Source of the DNA: Pristiophorus japonicus
Lineage: Eukaryota
Reading direction: 5' to 3'
Assembly: GCF_044704955.1 (NCBI RefSeq)
Contig: NC_092007.1
Location: forward strand, 11,718,001 to 11,782,000
DNA: 64,000 nucleotides
The position numbers were made by a program, and so were the translations under genes. Numbering within the stretch: the first letter of the stretch is position 1; each line of letters opens with the position of its first letter. This document shows positions 51,703-62,339 of this stretch, piece by piece. The notes beneath the pieces were generated by a model. The model was not told the DNA's origin and ran no database searches. It saw only the letters and a program-made list of their open reading frames with translations.

Positions 51703-52793
51703 TTTACATAGAAATATAGAGACATACAAAATAGGTGCAGGAGTAGGCCATTCGGCCCTTCGAGCCTGCACCACCATTCAATATGATCATGGCTGATCAT
51801 GCAACTTCAGTACCCTTTCCTGCTTTCTCTCCATACCTCTTGATCCCTTTAGCCATAAGGACCATATCTAACTCCCCCTTGAATATATCCAATAAATTGG
51901 CCTCAACAACTCTCTGCGACAGGGAATTCCACAGGTTAACAACTCTCTGAATGAAGAGGTTTCTCCTCATCTCAGTCCTAAATGGCTTACACCCTTATCC
52001 TTAGACTATGGCCCCTGGTTCTGGACTTCCCCAACATCAGGGACATTCTTGCTGCATCCAACCTGTCCAGTCCCGTCAGAATTTTATATGTTTCTATGAG
52101 ATCCCCTCTCATCCTCCAAAACTCCAGTGAATATAAGCCTAGGCGATCCAGTCTCTCCTCATATGTCAGTTACGCCATCCCGGGAATCAGTCTGGTGAGC
52201 CTTCGCTGCACTCCCTCAATATCAAGAACGTCCTTCCTCAGAGTAGGAGACCAAAACTGAACATAACACTCAAGGTGTGGCCTCACCAAGGCCCTGTACA
52301 ATTGCAGTAAGACCTCCCTGCTCCGATACTCAAATCCTCTCACTATGAATGCCAACAGACCATTTGCCTTCTTCAGCGCCTGCTGTACCTGCATGACAAC
52401 ATTCAACGACTGATGTACCGTGACACCCAGGTCTCATTGCACCTCCCCGTTTCCTACTCTGCCATCATTCAGATAATATTCTGCCTTCTTGTCTTTGCCA
52501 CCAAAGTGGATAACCACACATTTATCTGCATTATGCTGCATCTGCCACTCGTTTGCACACTCACCTAACCTGTCCAATTCACCCTGCAGCCTTTTAGCGT
52601 CCTCCTCACAGCTCACACCGCCAGCCAGCTTCGTGTCATCTGCAAACTTGGAGATATTACAGTCAACCCCTTCATCCAAATCATTAATGTATATTGTATA
52701 TAGCTGGGGTCCCAGCACTGAGCCCTGCTTCACCCGACTAGTCACTGCCTGCCATTCTGAAAAGGACCCGTTAATCCCGACTCTCTGCTTCCT
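51703..52793 (-). mobile_element. 5'-truncated CR1 with 13-bp target-site duplication
   Basis: TTCCTTCTGAAAC at 51690-51702 and 52789-52801; FADD, VRPHLEC motifs. Confidence 0.95.
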
Positions 52794-52882
52794 TCTGAAA
52801 CATTTCCTCCAGCTTTTTCTTACTTTCCTTCAACTCCACTCACTGCTCCTTCCTTCTCTCTTTCTGTCTGTCCCTCTAACAT

Positions 52883-53691
52883 CAGGGGTGTCAAACATAC
52901 GACCCGTGGGCCAGACTGCGCCCCCCCAACCCCTTCCTCCGGCCAGTCACATGCTGTACACTGTGCCGGCTGCTTGATTATTTCTCGGTCCCACTGCTCC
53001 CATTAATGACACTTCACTTTCTGTGTCAATTACTGCTTGACACAAAGTGCTCAGCGACTAGAGAGTGTCTCCTGGGGACTGGGGAACCGACTCGGATTCG
53101 GCTCAACCCAAAAATGCACAAAGTTACTTTCACTGCTGCTGTCCAGGTTAACAGAAGGGACGGAAGCAGCAGTGGTTTTAAACCATTACTGACAAACCAG
53201 GTTATAAGGCAAAGGATCAATCCAGTCTGCTTCTCGGCGGGGCTAACTCGCAGCCAGCTTCACTCTCTGTCTGTCGCTGTGTCCCTCACTCTATCCCTCT
53301 GCGTGAATAAATTTAAGACAGAAATAGACAGTTACTGAACAGTAAAGGGATAAGGGGGCGGGCAGAGAAGTGGAGCTGAGTCCATGATCAGATTAGCCAT
53401 GATCGTATTGAATGGCGGAGCAGGCTCGAGGGGCCGTGTCGCCTACTCCTGTTCAGATTTCTTAGGTTCTCATGTATTTTCTTATTCATGGAATAACCTT
53501 TTAAATCTGGTGATGGCCCATCAAGTAAGTGAGGCTGCAGTTAAAGCTCGCTGTGTGGTTTATACAGCCGATGTTCAGTAAATGAATCCCGTAGTATTAT
53601 GCTTTTCACTTTCATAGGCCCACCTGTGCGGCCTGTGGGGGGTGCATTTGAATCCAAACCGGCCCACAACCCCATTGAGTTTGACACCCGG
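52883..53691. mobile_element. hAT/Charlie-like non-autonomous DNA transposon (contains a small CR1 tail near 53305-53475)
   Basis: Terminal inverted repeats CAGGGGTGTCAAAC / GTTTGACACCC; no 8-bp TSD visible. Confidence 0.75.
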
Positions 53692-53986
53692 AAGTCGGTT
53701 TATCACTGCTTCTTCCTCGCTAGTACTTCTTGCCATATCTGGTTCCATCTCCCTCTGTAAATTAATCTTTGTACCAGCGTTGATCTTAACTCACAACTGA
53801 CTCAGTCCGACACAGGGGACCTTGTCTCGTATCCAACCCCCAAAACCGTATCAGCGCCGTCGACAAACACCCGTGCACACCCCTCTCTATGGGGCAACAT
53901 TTCAGTCACACGCCTTGTAATTGGCTCATCCAGACTTCTTGACACTGTTTGTCTATTACAAGTCCCTGTCATTCAGGCACCAAATC

Positions 53987-54699
53987 TGTCAGACTTATCT
54001 TCACACAACAGGTTTTAGTCTGTAAGGTTTATGTTTGTTTTCTCTACACTTTGCAGGGTTCGGACTTGTAAGTCAAAAACAAAACAGACACAGGGTGTTT
54101 CTTTTCACACACCTATCCAGGGGTTATTTTTACTTAGAATAATCTAAATAAATACAAGCAATCACGATAGTATTAAATGCACAATCATTTTTAATTTTTA
54201 ACCCGCTCTCACCAATCACATTGAACTATTAACAGTTAAACATTGCCTATTTCCTAATTGATTACAAAGCAAAGACTCTCACATGAGTTAACTCCAGCCT
54301 TAGTCAGTGATTGGAAATTAACCACCATGATTGACTTCGTAACTGACCAGGTCACCACTCACATTGACCGCAGCGCTGACCTCATGTATTACAGCCATCC
54401 TTTAATAGTTTTCTAGAGGTATTCCCACCGTGTATGTAATTGTCTAGGTCTAAAACAAAGGGATAGTCTTTCACCATGAATAGGTCTTTCATTCTCTTCT
54501 CTTCACAGTTCCCAGACATTGCCTGTGAGAACTGTCTCTTTGCAGCTGTGAGATGTTAAAACAGATGAGAAAGACTTTTGAATTTGCAAAGCCTTTTGGG
54601 TCACAAAAAATCAGTCAACGCATGTTTTCAGCCACCTTGGAGCAGTTTGCAAGCAAAGTTATTAGCATAAAATGAGCCCAAAAATGCTGTAGTCTTACA
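53987..54699 (-). mobile_element. ERV-B 5' LTR (713 bp)
   Basis: TGTAAGAC...GTCTGACA on -, followed by a PBS. Confidence 0.85.
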
Positions 54700-54853
54700 G
54701 ATGCTGCAGGTTAGCTGCATTAAATCTCTGTCTGATATATTCCAGTACTTTTTAAATGCAATGAGGGTTTCTGCCTCTGCCGGCCTTTCAGGCAGTGAGT
54801 TTCAAACCCCAACCAGCCTCCGGGCGAAGAAACGTCACCTCAAATCCCCACAA

Positions 54854-56578
54854 CATAGGCCGAGTAATTACAGGCCTGTCAGCCTAACCACAGTTGTAAG
54901 AAAATAATAGGAAAAAATCCAGAAACATGGGATAAATCTGCATTTGGAAAGGCAAGGATTAATTAGGGAGGGTCAGCATGGATTTGTTGAGGGATGTTTG
55001 ACGAACCTGAATGAATTTTTTGAAGAGATAACCAAGAGGGTCAATAAAGGTTGTGCGTATGAAGTAGTATTTTTGGACTTTAGCAAGGCATTTGATAAGA
55101 TCCCACCTGTAGACTGGTCATTAAGGTCAAAGCCCATGGGATACAGGGCAAAGTGGCACGTTGGATCTAAAATTGGCTTGGAGGTAGGATGCAAAGGGTA
55201 ATGATTGATGGATGTTTTTGTGACTGGAAGGATGTTGCCAGTGTGGTTCCGCATGGCTCAGTACTGGATCCCTTGCTTTCGATGGTGTATATCAATGAAT
55301 TAGATTTGAATATAGAGAGTATGATTAGAAGTTTGCAGGCAATGAAATGGCTGTGTCGGTGATAATGAAGAGGAAAGTCATGGGCTGCAGGAGGATATCA
55401 ATCCACTGGTCAGGTGGGCAGAGCAGTGGCAAATGGAATTTAATTCAGAAAAGTGTGAGATGATGCATTTTGGGAGGGCTAATAAGGAACGTGTATACAC
55501 ATTAAGTGGTAGGCCACTTTATAGTGTAGATGAACAAAGGGATGTTGTGGTACTTGTCCACAGATCCCTGAAAGTTGCAGGCCAGGTGGATAAGGTGGTT
55601 GAGAAGGTATACGGAAAGTTTGCCTTTACTGGCCGAGGTGTAGAATATAAGAGCAGGGAGGTTATGCTTAAATTGCATAATACCTTGGTTCGGCCACAGC
55701 TGGAGTACTGCCTGCAGTTCTGGTCGCCGTATTGTAGGAAGGACGTGATTGCACTAGAGAGGGTGCAGAGGAGATTTACTAGGATGCTGCCTGGAATGGA
55801 GAATCTTAGTTATGAGGACAGATTGGATAGGCTGGGTTTGTTCCAATTGGAACAGAGGAGGTTGAGAGGAGACCTCATTGAGGTGTACAAAATATTGAGG
55901 GGCCTGGAGATAGTGGATAGTAAGGGTCTATTTCCATTGGTGGAGGGGGCTCGTACGAGGGGGCATAGTTTTAAGGTGGTTGGTGGAAGAATTAGAGGGG
56001 ATTTGAGGAGGGGCTTCTTTATGCAGAGGGTTGTGGGGATCTGGAACTCGCTGCCTGGAAGAGTGGTGGATGCAGAAACCCTCACCACTTTTAAGAGATG
56101 GTTGAATGGTCACTTGAAGTGCAGTAATCTGCAGGGTTACGGACCTAGAGCTGGTAATTGGGATTAGACTGGATGACCTTATGTTGGACGGAGCAGATAT
56201 AACGGTAAGTACTGCAGGGAATAGAATACGGCCAGGGTGATCTCCTCGACTAGTGTCGATCGCCTGGATGGGTCAGAGAGGAACTTTCCCAGATTTTTCC
56301 TCCCTAAATTGGCCTGGGTTTTTATCAGGTTTTTGCCTCTCCCAGGAGATCACATGGCTCCGGTTGGGGTGGAGTGTAGAATGTTTCAGTTTAAGGGGTG
56401 TCGCAGTTGTGTGGGGCAGGCTGGTTGGGCTGGGTGCTCTTTGCCTTTCCGTCATTGTTCATGGGTTTATATGTAACCTTCAGGGCTGCTGACCAGGGAA
56501 CATGCGACTCTTTGTCGGCCGGCGCGGACACGATGGGACGAAATGGCCTCCTTCTGCGCTGATCATTTCTATGTTTCT
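54854..56578 (+). mobile_element. CR1 of a third subfamily with long (about 410 bp) 3' UTR
   Basis: ORF 55433-56167; flanks rejoin to match the empty site at 26080-26105. Confidence 0.92.
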
Positions 56579-56621
56579 AAACCTCCTACCAATTAGTTTA
56601 CAATATGCAGTAATGAGTTGC

Positions 56622-57585
56622 ACGAAGGAATTGAATATAATATCTCCAACTTTGCAGATGACACTAAGCTGGGTGGCAGTGTGAGCTGTGAGGAGGATGC
56701 TCGGAGGCTGCAGGGTGACTTGGACAGGTTAGGTGAGTGGGCAAATATATGGCAGATGCAGTATAATGTGGATAAATGTGAGGTTATCCACTTTGTTGGC
56801 AAAACCACAAAGGCAGAATATTATCTGAATGGTGACAGATTAGTAAAATGAGGTGCAACGAGACCAGGGTGTCATGGTACATCAGTCATTGATGGTAGGT
56901 AAGCAGATACAGTAGGCGGTAAAGAAAGCAAATGGCATGCTGGCCATAATAGCGAGAGGATTTGAGTATAGGAGCAGGTAGGTCTCACTGCAGTTGTACA
57001 GGGCCTTGCTAAGACCACACCTTGAATATTGCGTGCAGTTTTAGTCTCCTAATCTGAAAACGACACTCCTGCTATTGAGGGAGTGCAGCAAAGATTCATC
57101 AGACTGATTCCCGGGATGACAGGACTGACATATGAGGAGAGACTGGATCGACTAGGCTTATATTCACTGGAATTTAGAAAAATGAGAGGGCATCTCATAG
57201 AAATATTTAAAATTTTGATGGGACTGGACAGGTTAGACGCAGGATGAATGTTCCCGATGTTGGGGAAGTCCAGAACCAGGGGTCACAGTCGAAGGATAAG
57301 GGGTAAGCCATTTAGGACCGAGATGAGGAGAAACTTCTTCACTCACAGAATTGTGAACCTGTGGAATTCTCTACCACAGAAAGTTGTTGAGGCCAGTTCA
57401 GTCGATATATTTAAGAGGGAGTTAGTTGCGGCCCTTACAGCTAAGGGGATCAAGGGGTATAGAGAGAAAGCAGGAATGGGGTACTGAAGTTGGATGATCA
57501 TCCTTGATCATATTGAATGGTGGTGCAGGCTCGAAGGGCCGAATGGCCGATTTCCTGCTCCTATTTTCTATGTTTCTATGTTTGT
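56622..57585 (+). mobile_element. 5'-truncated CR1 abutting the GPCR 3' end
   Basis: FADD, RTRGHS..; (TTTCTATG)n tail at 57564-57585. Confidence 0.95.
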
Positions 57586-58572
57586 ATGTATTGATTCCCT
57601 CTGGTTCTTGTCCCGTTGAAGCGACTTCTTGAGCATGTCCCTGAAGTCCTGCCACATGAAGATGTAGAGGACGGGGTTGATGCAGCTGTTGACACAGGCC
57701 AGGCTGCAGCTGAACGGGCCTCCTATGACCAGCAGCGACCGTCGCAACTCGCTCTGCGGGTGGAGCAGCAGCGCGAGGACAGAAACGACGTGGTAGGGCG
57801 CCCAGCACAGGAGGAAGGCCAGGATGATGGCGGCCATGATCCTGAAGGGTTTGCCGCTGCTGGGCGCCAAGCGGTGATGCCTCAGCTGCAGTCGGATTAT
57901 GGCGTAGCTGGTGGCGATGACCAGGAACGGAAGAAGGAACGCGCTGAGGAAGCGCACCAGTGTCAGCGCTCTGTACCGTGGGTATCTTGGGCTCCCCGAC
58001 CACTTGCCGTCCAGCAGGTAGTCGTCGGAGCACACCATCCGGTTGTCCTGGGGCACCAATCGTTGGAAGGCGAACGATGGCGCACTAAAGAAGGTGGCCG
58101 CCACCCACACCCCCAGGCTGAGCAGGGTGGCCAGCCGTGGGCCGCGGTGGTTCCGGGACCAGACGGGCAGCACCACCGAGATGCAGCGGTCCAGGCTGAT
58201 GGTGGCCAGCATAAATATGCTAGCGTACAGACACAGCACCAACGCCCCATAGCTGAGCTTGCAGAGCAGCCAGCCAAAGGGCCAGTGGTTGTCCAGGGCG
58301 ATGTTCGCGGTGAAGAGAGGGAGCAGCAGAGAGAAGATGAAGTCGGCCACGGCGAGGCTCAGCAACCAGACGGTGTAGGCCGTTCTCTTCAGCTTGAAGC
58401 CGGTGGCCCAGATGACCAGCCCGTTGCCCAATACGCCCAGGATGCAGGTGACGATGTAGATCGCCACAACACAGGCGCGTATCCCTCGCCGCAAACTGGA
58501 GTTGTCTACGGTCGCCGGGACATCGGTCGGAACATCGCTGGAGTTGACCGACTGAAGATGCTCGGGATCCAT
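57568..58572 (-). CDS. Chemoattractant receptor-like GPCR (C3aR/CMKLR1/FPR group), 334 aa, open
   Basis: Acceptor tcttcag at 58587, ATG 58572; GNGLV, LAVAD, WPFG..CK, SLDRC, CWAPY, NSCINPVLY; two N-terminal NSS sequons. Confidence 0.88.
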   Translation of the reverse strand: MDPEHLQSVNSSDVPTDVPATVDNSSLRRGIRACVVAIYIVTCILGVLGNGLVIWATGFKLKRTAYTVWLLSLAVADFIFSLLLPLFTANIALDNHWPFGWLLCKLSYGALVLCLYASIFMLATISLDRCISVVLPVWSRNHRGPRLATLLSLGVWVAATFFSAPSFAFQRLVPQDNRMVCSDDYLLDGKWSGSPRYPRYRALTLVRFLSAFLLPFLVIATSYAIIRLQLRHHRLAPSSGKPFRIMAAIILAFLLCWAPYHVVSVLALLLHPQSELRRSLLVIGGPFSCSLACVNSCINPVLYIFMWQDFRDMLKKSLQRDKNQRESIHTNIET

Positions 58573-58594
58573 TTCAGATGTCGCACCTGAAGAG

Positions 58595-58828
58595 AAGGAC
58601 ACAGAGAGAGAGAGAGAGAGAGGGAGGGAGCGGGAGGGTGAGAGAGTGAGAAAGAGGGAGCAAGAGAGAGAGAGCGAGAGAGAGAGAGAGAGAGAGAGGG
58701 AGTGAGAGCGGGAGAGAGAGAGGGAGCAAGAGAGAGAGAGAGAGAAAGCAACAGCGAGAGAGAGATAGAGAGAGTATGCAAGTTAGAGAGAGAGGGAGGA
58801 AGCGGGAGATAGAGTGAGAAAGAGTGAG

Positions 58829-58866
<38 letters not shown>

Positions 58867-59245
58867 TGAGAGCGGGAGAGAGAGAGGGAGCAAGAGAGAG
58901 AGAGAAAGCAAGAGCGAGAGAGAGATAGAGAGTGAGAGCACGTTAGAGAGAGAGGGAGGGAGCAGGAGAGAGACAGAGAGAAAGAGGGAGCACGAGAGAG
59001 AGCGCGTGAGAACGGGAGCGAGAGAGAGCGAGTGGGAGTGAGAGTGGGAGAGAAAGAGCAAGAGAGAATGAGAGAGAGAAAGCAAGAGTGAGAGAGAGAG
59101 AGAGCAAGAGAGAGAGCGAGTGGGAGAGCGGGAGAGACAGATAGAGAGATGGAGCAAGAGAGAGAGGGAGATTGGGAGAGAGAGAGAGAGAGAGTGAGAG
59201 AGAGAGAGAGACAGGGAGTAAGAGGGAGAGAGAGAAAGAGAAGGA
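58595..59245. repeat. (GA)-rich low-complexity tract
   Basis: Paralog of 27180-27680. Confidence 0.95.
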
Positions 59246-59294
59246 AGCATCCATCAGAGTTAACACCAGTACTGCAATCTCGGAGATTGGCATA

Positions 59295-61690
59295 ATTTTC
59301 CACCTCCGGAACATCATCCGTCTCCTCCCCTGTCTCAGTCCAATTTTTGTTGAAACCCTCGCCCGTGCCTTTGTCATCTCCAGACATATGTATTGCAACG
59401 AACCCCTGGCCAACGTCCCTGATCTTATGCCCATCCAAAGCTCCCATCTTTTAACTCACACCAAGTTCCGTTCACCCACGCCCCTCTTCCCGCCCCCCCC
59501 ACCACCACCCCCTGCCATTTTGCTTGCTGACCTACATCGGCTCTCGCTCCAGCAGTGCCTCGATTTTCAAATTCTCATCTTTCTTTTCAAAGTCCTCCGT
59601 GGCCTCCTCGTCCCCTCCCTCGCTATATCTGTAAATTCCTCCAGACCCTACAATCCTCCGAGATCTCTGCGCCCCTCCAATTTTGGCTGGTTGCGCATCC
59701 CCCCCCCCCCCTACAATATGTGTGCCTTTGCGTCGGCTCACAGGTTTGTAGAGCAGTTGCATTGGGAGTGTCTTAGTCAGTCACGTCATGTTCACAAGAC
59801 TCAATAAAGCCCCATCCAGTGGGGTTTGTGGTGTCCACAATAAGGCACATGGTTGTGAGCCTGCTGGATGAAATTTTAACGTGTAATGTGAACTTTTAAT
59901 AAATCAACTAGTTCTTAAAAGCAACTGAGTTCCTAGGAATTCCTAAGCAAACAACCCATGAGCCCATGGACAGTGTTGAACTAACAAATAGAGCTTGTGG
60001 AAAGCCATTTTTAATCATTGAAAAGCAATTCAAGTTGATTGAGTGAAAACAGCTGTTCAGTTAAGAAGGCAATATAAATGTGACAACGGGTTATTTAAGT
60101 AATTTGGGAGCCTTTGACAGGTAATGGAATTGGCAAAATCTTAAAGTTAAAGATTACAAATCTTTTTTTAGAACTAATGACATCAGTGAAGTCTCAGCAG
60201 GTGTGGCTGAATCGCAAATATGCAATCAATCAGTTCGGTCGAAGAAGAAAGCTATTCTTCCAGTCATGATTGGTGCAGAGACTTATGCTATCTTAGTGAA
60301 CACTTTATTGCCAAAGGAAAATTATCTCTACACTGCGATTTTGGATAATGCTGTATGAAATAAATTTATATCTGGACTAATGGATGAACGCATCCAATCA
60401 AAATTGTTAGTTATGGATGATCTCTCTTTGGAGAATGCTTTCAAGATAGCCACCTCTATGGCAGAGAAAAATATTAAGGGATTTCACCCATTACCAGCAG
60501 TAGTAGCAGTTCACAGTCACCGAGTTGGACACACATAGGAGAGGGTGAACCGTCGTCTCAGGGAGGGTTCTGAAACCAAGGCAACTCGATGTCATAGGTG
60601 TAATGGCAAGCATACAACACTGTGGGTTCAAGTGGGCAAGATGCTCGTGGTGCCAAATATGGTAACACTTTGTAGCAGCAGGTAAATACAACGATAATCA
60701 AAGCCTTCACTGAGTGGAAACCAATCAGAACAGTGTAGATTTTGCAGCATATGCAGTGAAGGGCAAGGCAGTACATTCCTCATGTCGGGATTTCAGAACC
60801 ATTGTAATGATTAATAATCGTTGGATTAATATGACAAAAGACACAGCGGCTGATTTCAGGGGAATTTCTCTACCATCCGGTGGAGCGGGGGTTGGGGGGG
60901 GGGGTGGAGTTGGGCTTCAGTTGGGAAGACTATGAGGAAACGCGAGCTAACTAGACATAATATTGTTAACTGGGCCGATCAAGATCTTAGGAAAAATGCT
61001 AACATGTGGATGGATGTAAGGTTTCCAGGGACATTCAAGAGGACACAGGAAGATAGAAGTCAGGAATCCCAGACTATATACCCAAAAAGCAGAAATTGTA
61101 CTGGACGATCTCCGGCATCAAACAAGAATATGGAAAATGGGCCTAGCCGGCCTACAGCAAATAAATGGCAGTCGGAGCAGGAGGAAGTTAAAAGCTTATA
61201 GCAACATATTCAGGCTCAGAAGTCGAATTCGTAAAATTGTAATCATGATAAGTAATCTTTTGAAATATTCTGCATATATCTTGCTTCTAAAAAGGGGAAG
61301 CAGTGAGTATGCTCACATGTTTGTCGGGCTGTTGAGTTGGGAGTGGCTTATGCAGTCACGTGATGTTCACAAAACTCAATAAAACCGCAGCCCGTTGGGT
61401 TCGGGGGATCCACGATGGGGCAGGTGGTTGTGAGCCCGGTGGATGAGACAGGCTGTAAACCATGGCCGTGCCTTCAGCTGCCTTAGCCCAAAGCTCTGAA
61501 ATTCTCTCCCTAAACCTCTCCACCTCTCTCTCCTCCTTTAAGACGCTCTTTAAAAACCGACCTCTTTGACCCAGCTTTTGGTCACCTGTCCCTAATATCT
61601 ACTTATGTGACTCTGGGTTAAATTGTGTCTGATAACGCTCCTGCGAAGAGCTTTGAGAAGTTGCACTACATTAAAGGTGCAAGAAAATAA
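59295..61690 (+). mobile_element. L2 3' fragment (59295-59710 and 61456-61690) split by an LTR element
   Basis: FHLRNIIRLLPCLS..ETLARAFVISR..LDFQIL; resumes with gccttcagctgcc..tcctttaagacgctc. Confidence 0.75.
59717..61455 (+). mobile_element. Old internally deleted Gypsy element
   Basis: Shared LTR core cagtcacgt(c/g)atgttcacaa.actcaataaa at about 59778 and 61354; gag remnants LGAFD, KFISGLMDERIQSKLL; PPT aaaaaggggaag at 61289. Confidence 0.7.
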
Positions 61691-61809
61691 AACAGTTAAT
61701 ATTAAGATGCATTGAAGGAAGCTGCATCTGTTCTGCCATCACCCGCGAATGTGTTCACGTGACCTCGCGGGCCATATGAATATCTCCACCCACTAATGGC
61801 AAATACAGC

Positions 61810-62000
61810 TCTCCCTCACTACTGCCCTTCCAACAGTGTGGTGCTCCCTCAGTACTGCCCCTCCGACAGTGCAGCACGCACTCAGTACTGCCCCGCCGAC
61901 AGTGCGGCACTCCCTCAATATGTACCAACAGACAGTGAGGCACTCCCTCAGTACTGACCCACCGACAATGCAGCACTCACTCAGTAGTGCCCCTCCGACA
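61810..62000. repeat. 33-bp minisatellite
   Basis: Same unit as 50030-50700. Confidence 0.9.
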
Positions 62001-62339
62001 TTGATAACTCTCTCATTCCAGGAATCAACCTGGTACCCTATCGATCCCCATGGCAATCCTTAAAGTCGATGATGATCTGTAGAATTGCCTGTGTCTGCTG
62101 GGCTCCTGTTGCAAGTACAAGACGAAGAGTGACCGAGGGACTCTGCTTGTCTGACCTGCTGGTTCGAATTCGGAGAGTTCTGCCTTCAGATATTCCCTTC
62201 CTCTCCTATACAGACCAACCCATTTCCTTTCTCTGATGACAACCGATCACATGATTCGTGAGGAGATGGTGTCAGATCTTGTCTCGGCACAGTACAAACA
62301 GCAACTTGGTAGATATTTACCGATCAGATTGGAGGCTGC

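Larger units (their letters stand above)
51310..53986 (-). mobile_element. ERV-B PBS, leader and purine-rich internal region (interrupted by a CR1 and a MITE)
   Basis: TGGTGCCTGAA-TGA-CAGGGACTTG starting 53982, 4 nt from the LTR, equals the tRNA-Lys(UUU) PBS with two CpG decays and a 3-nt insertion. Confidence 0.65.

Noticed and set aside
57616-58590. 324-aa + strand ORF (and 26281-27036)
   Set aside because: Antisense shadow of GC3-rich GPCR coding sequence; no independent motifs.
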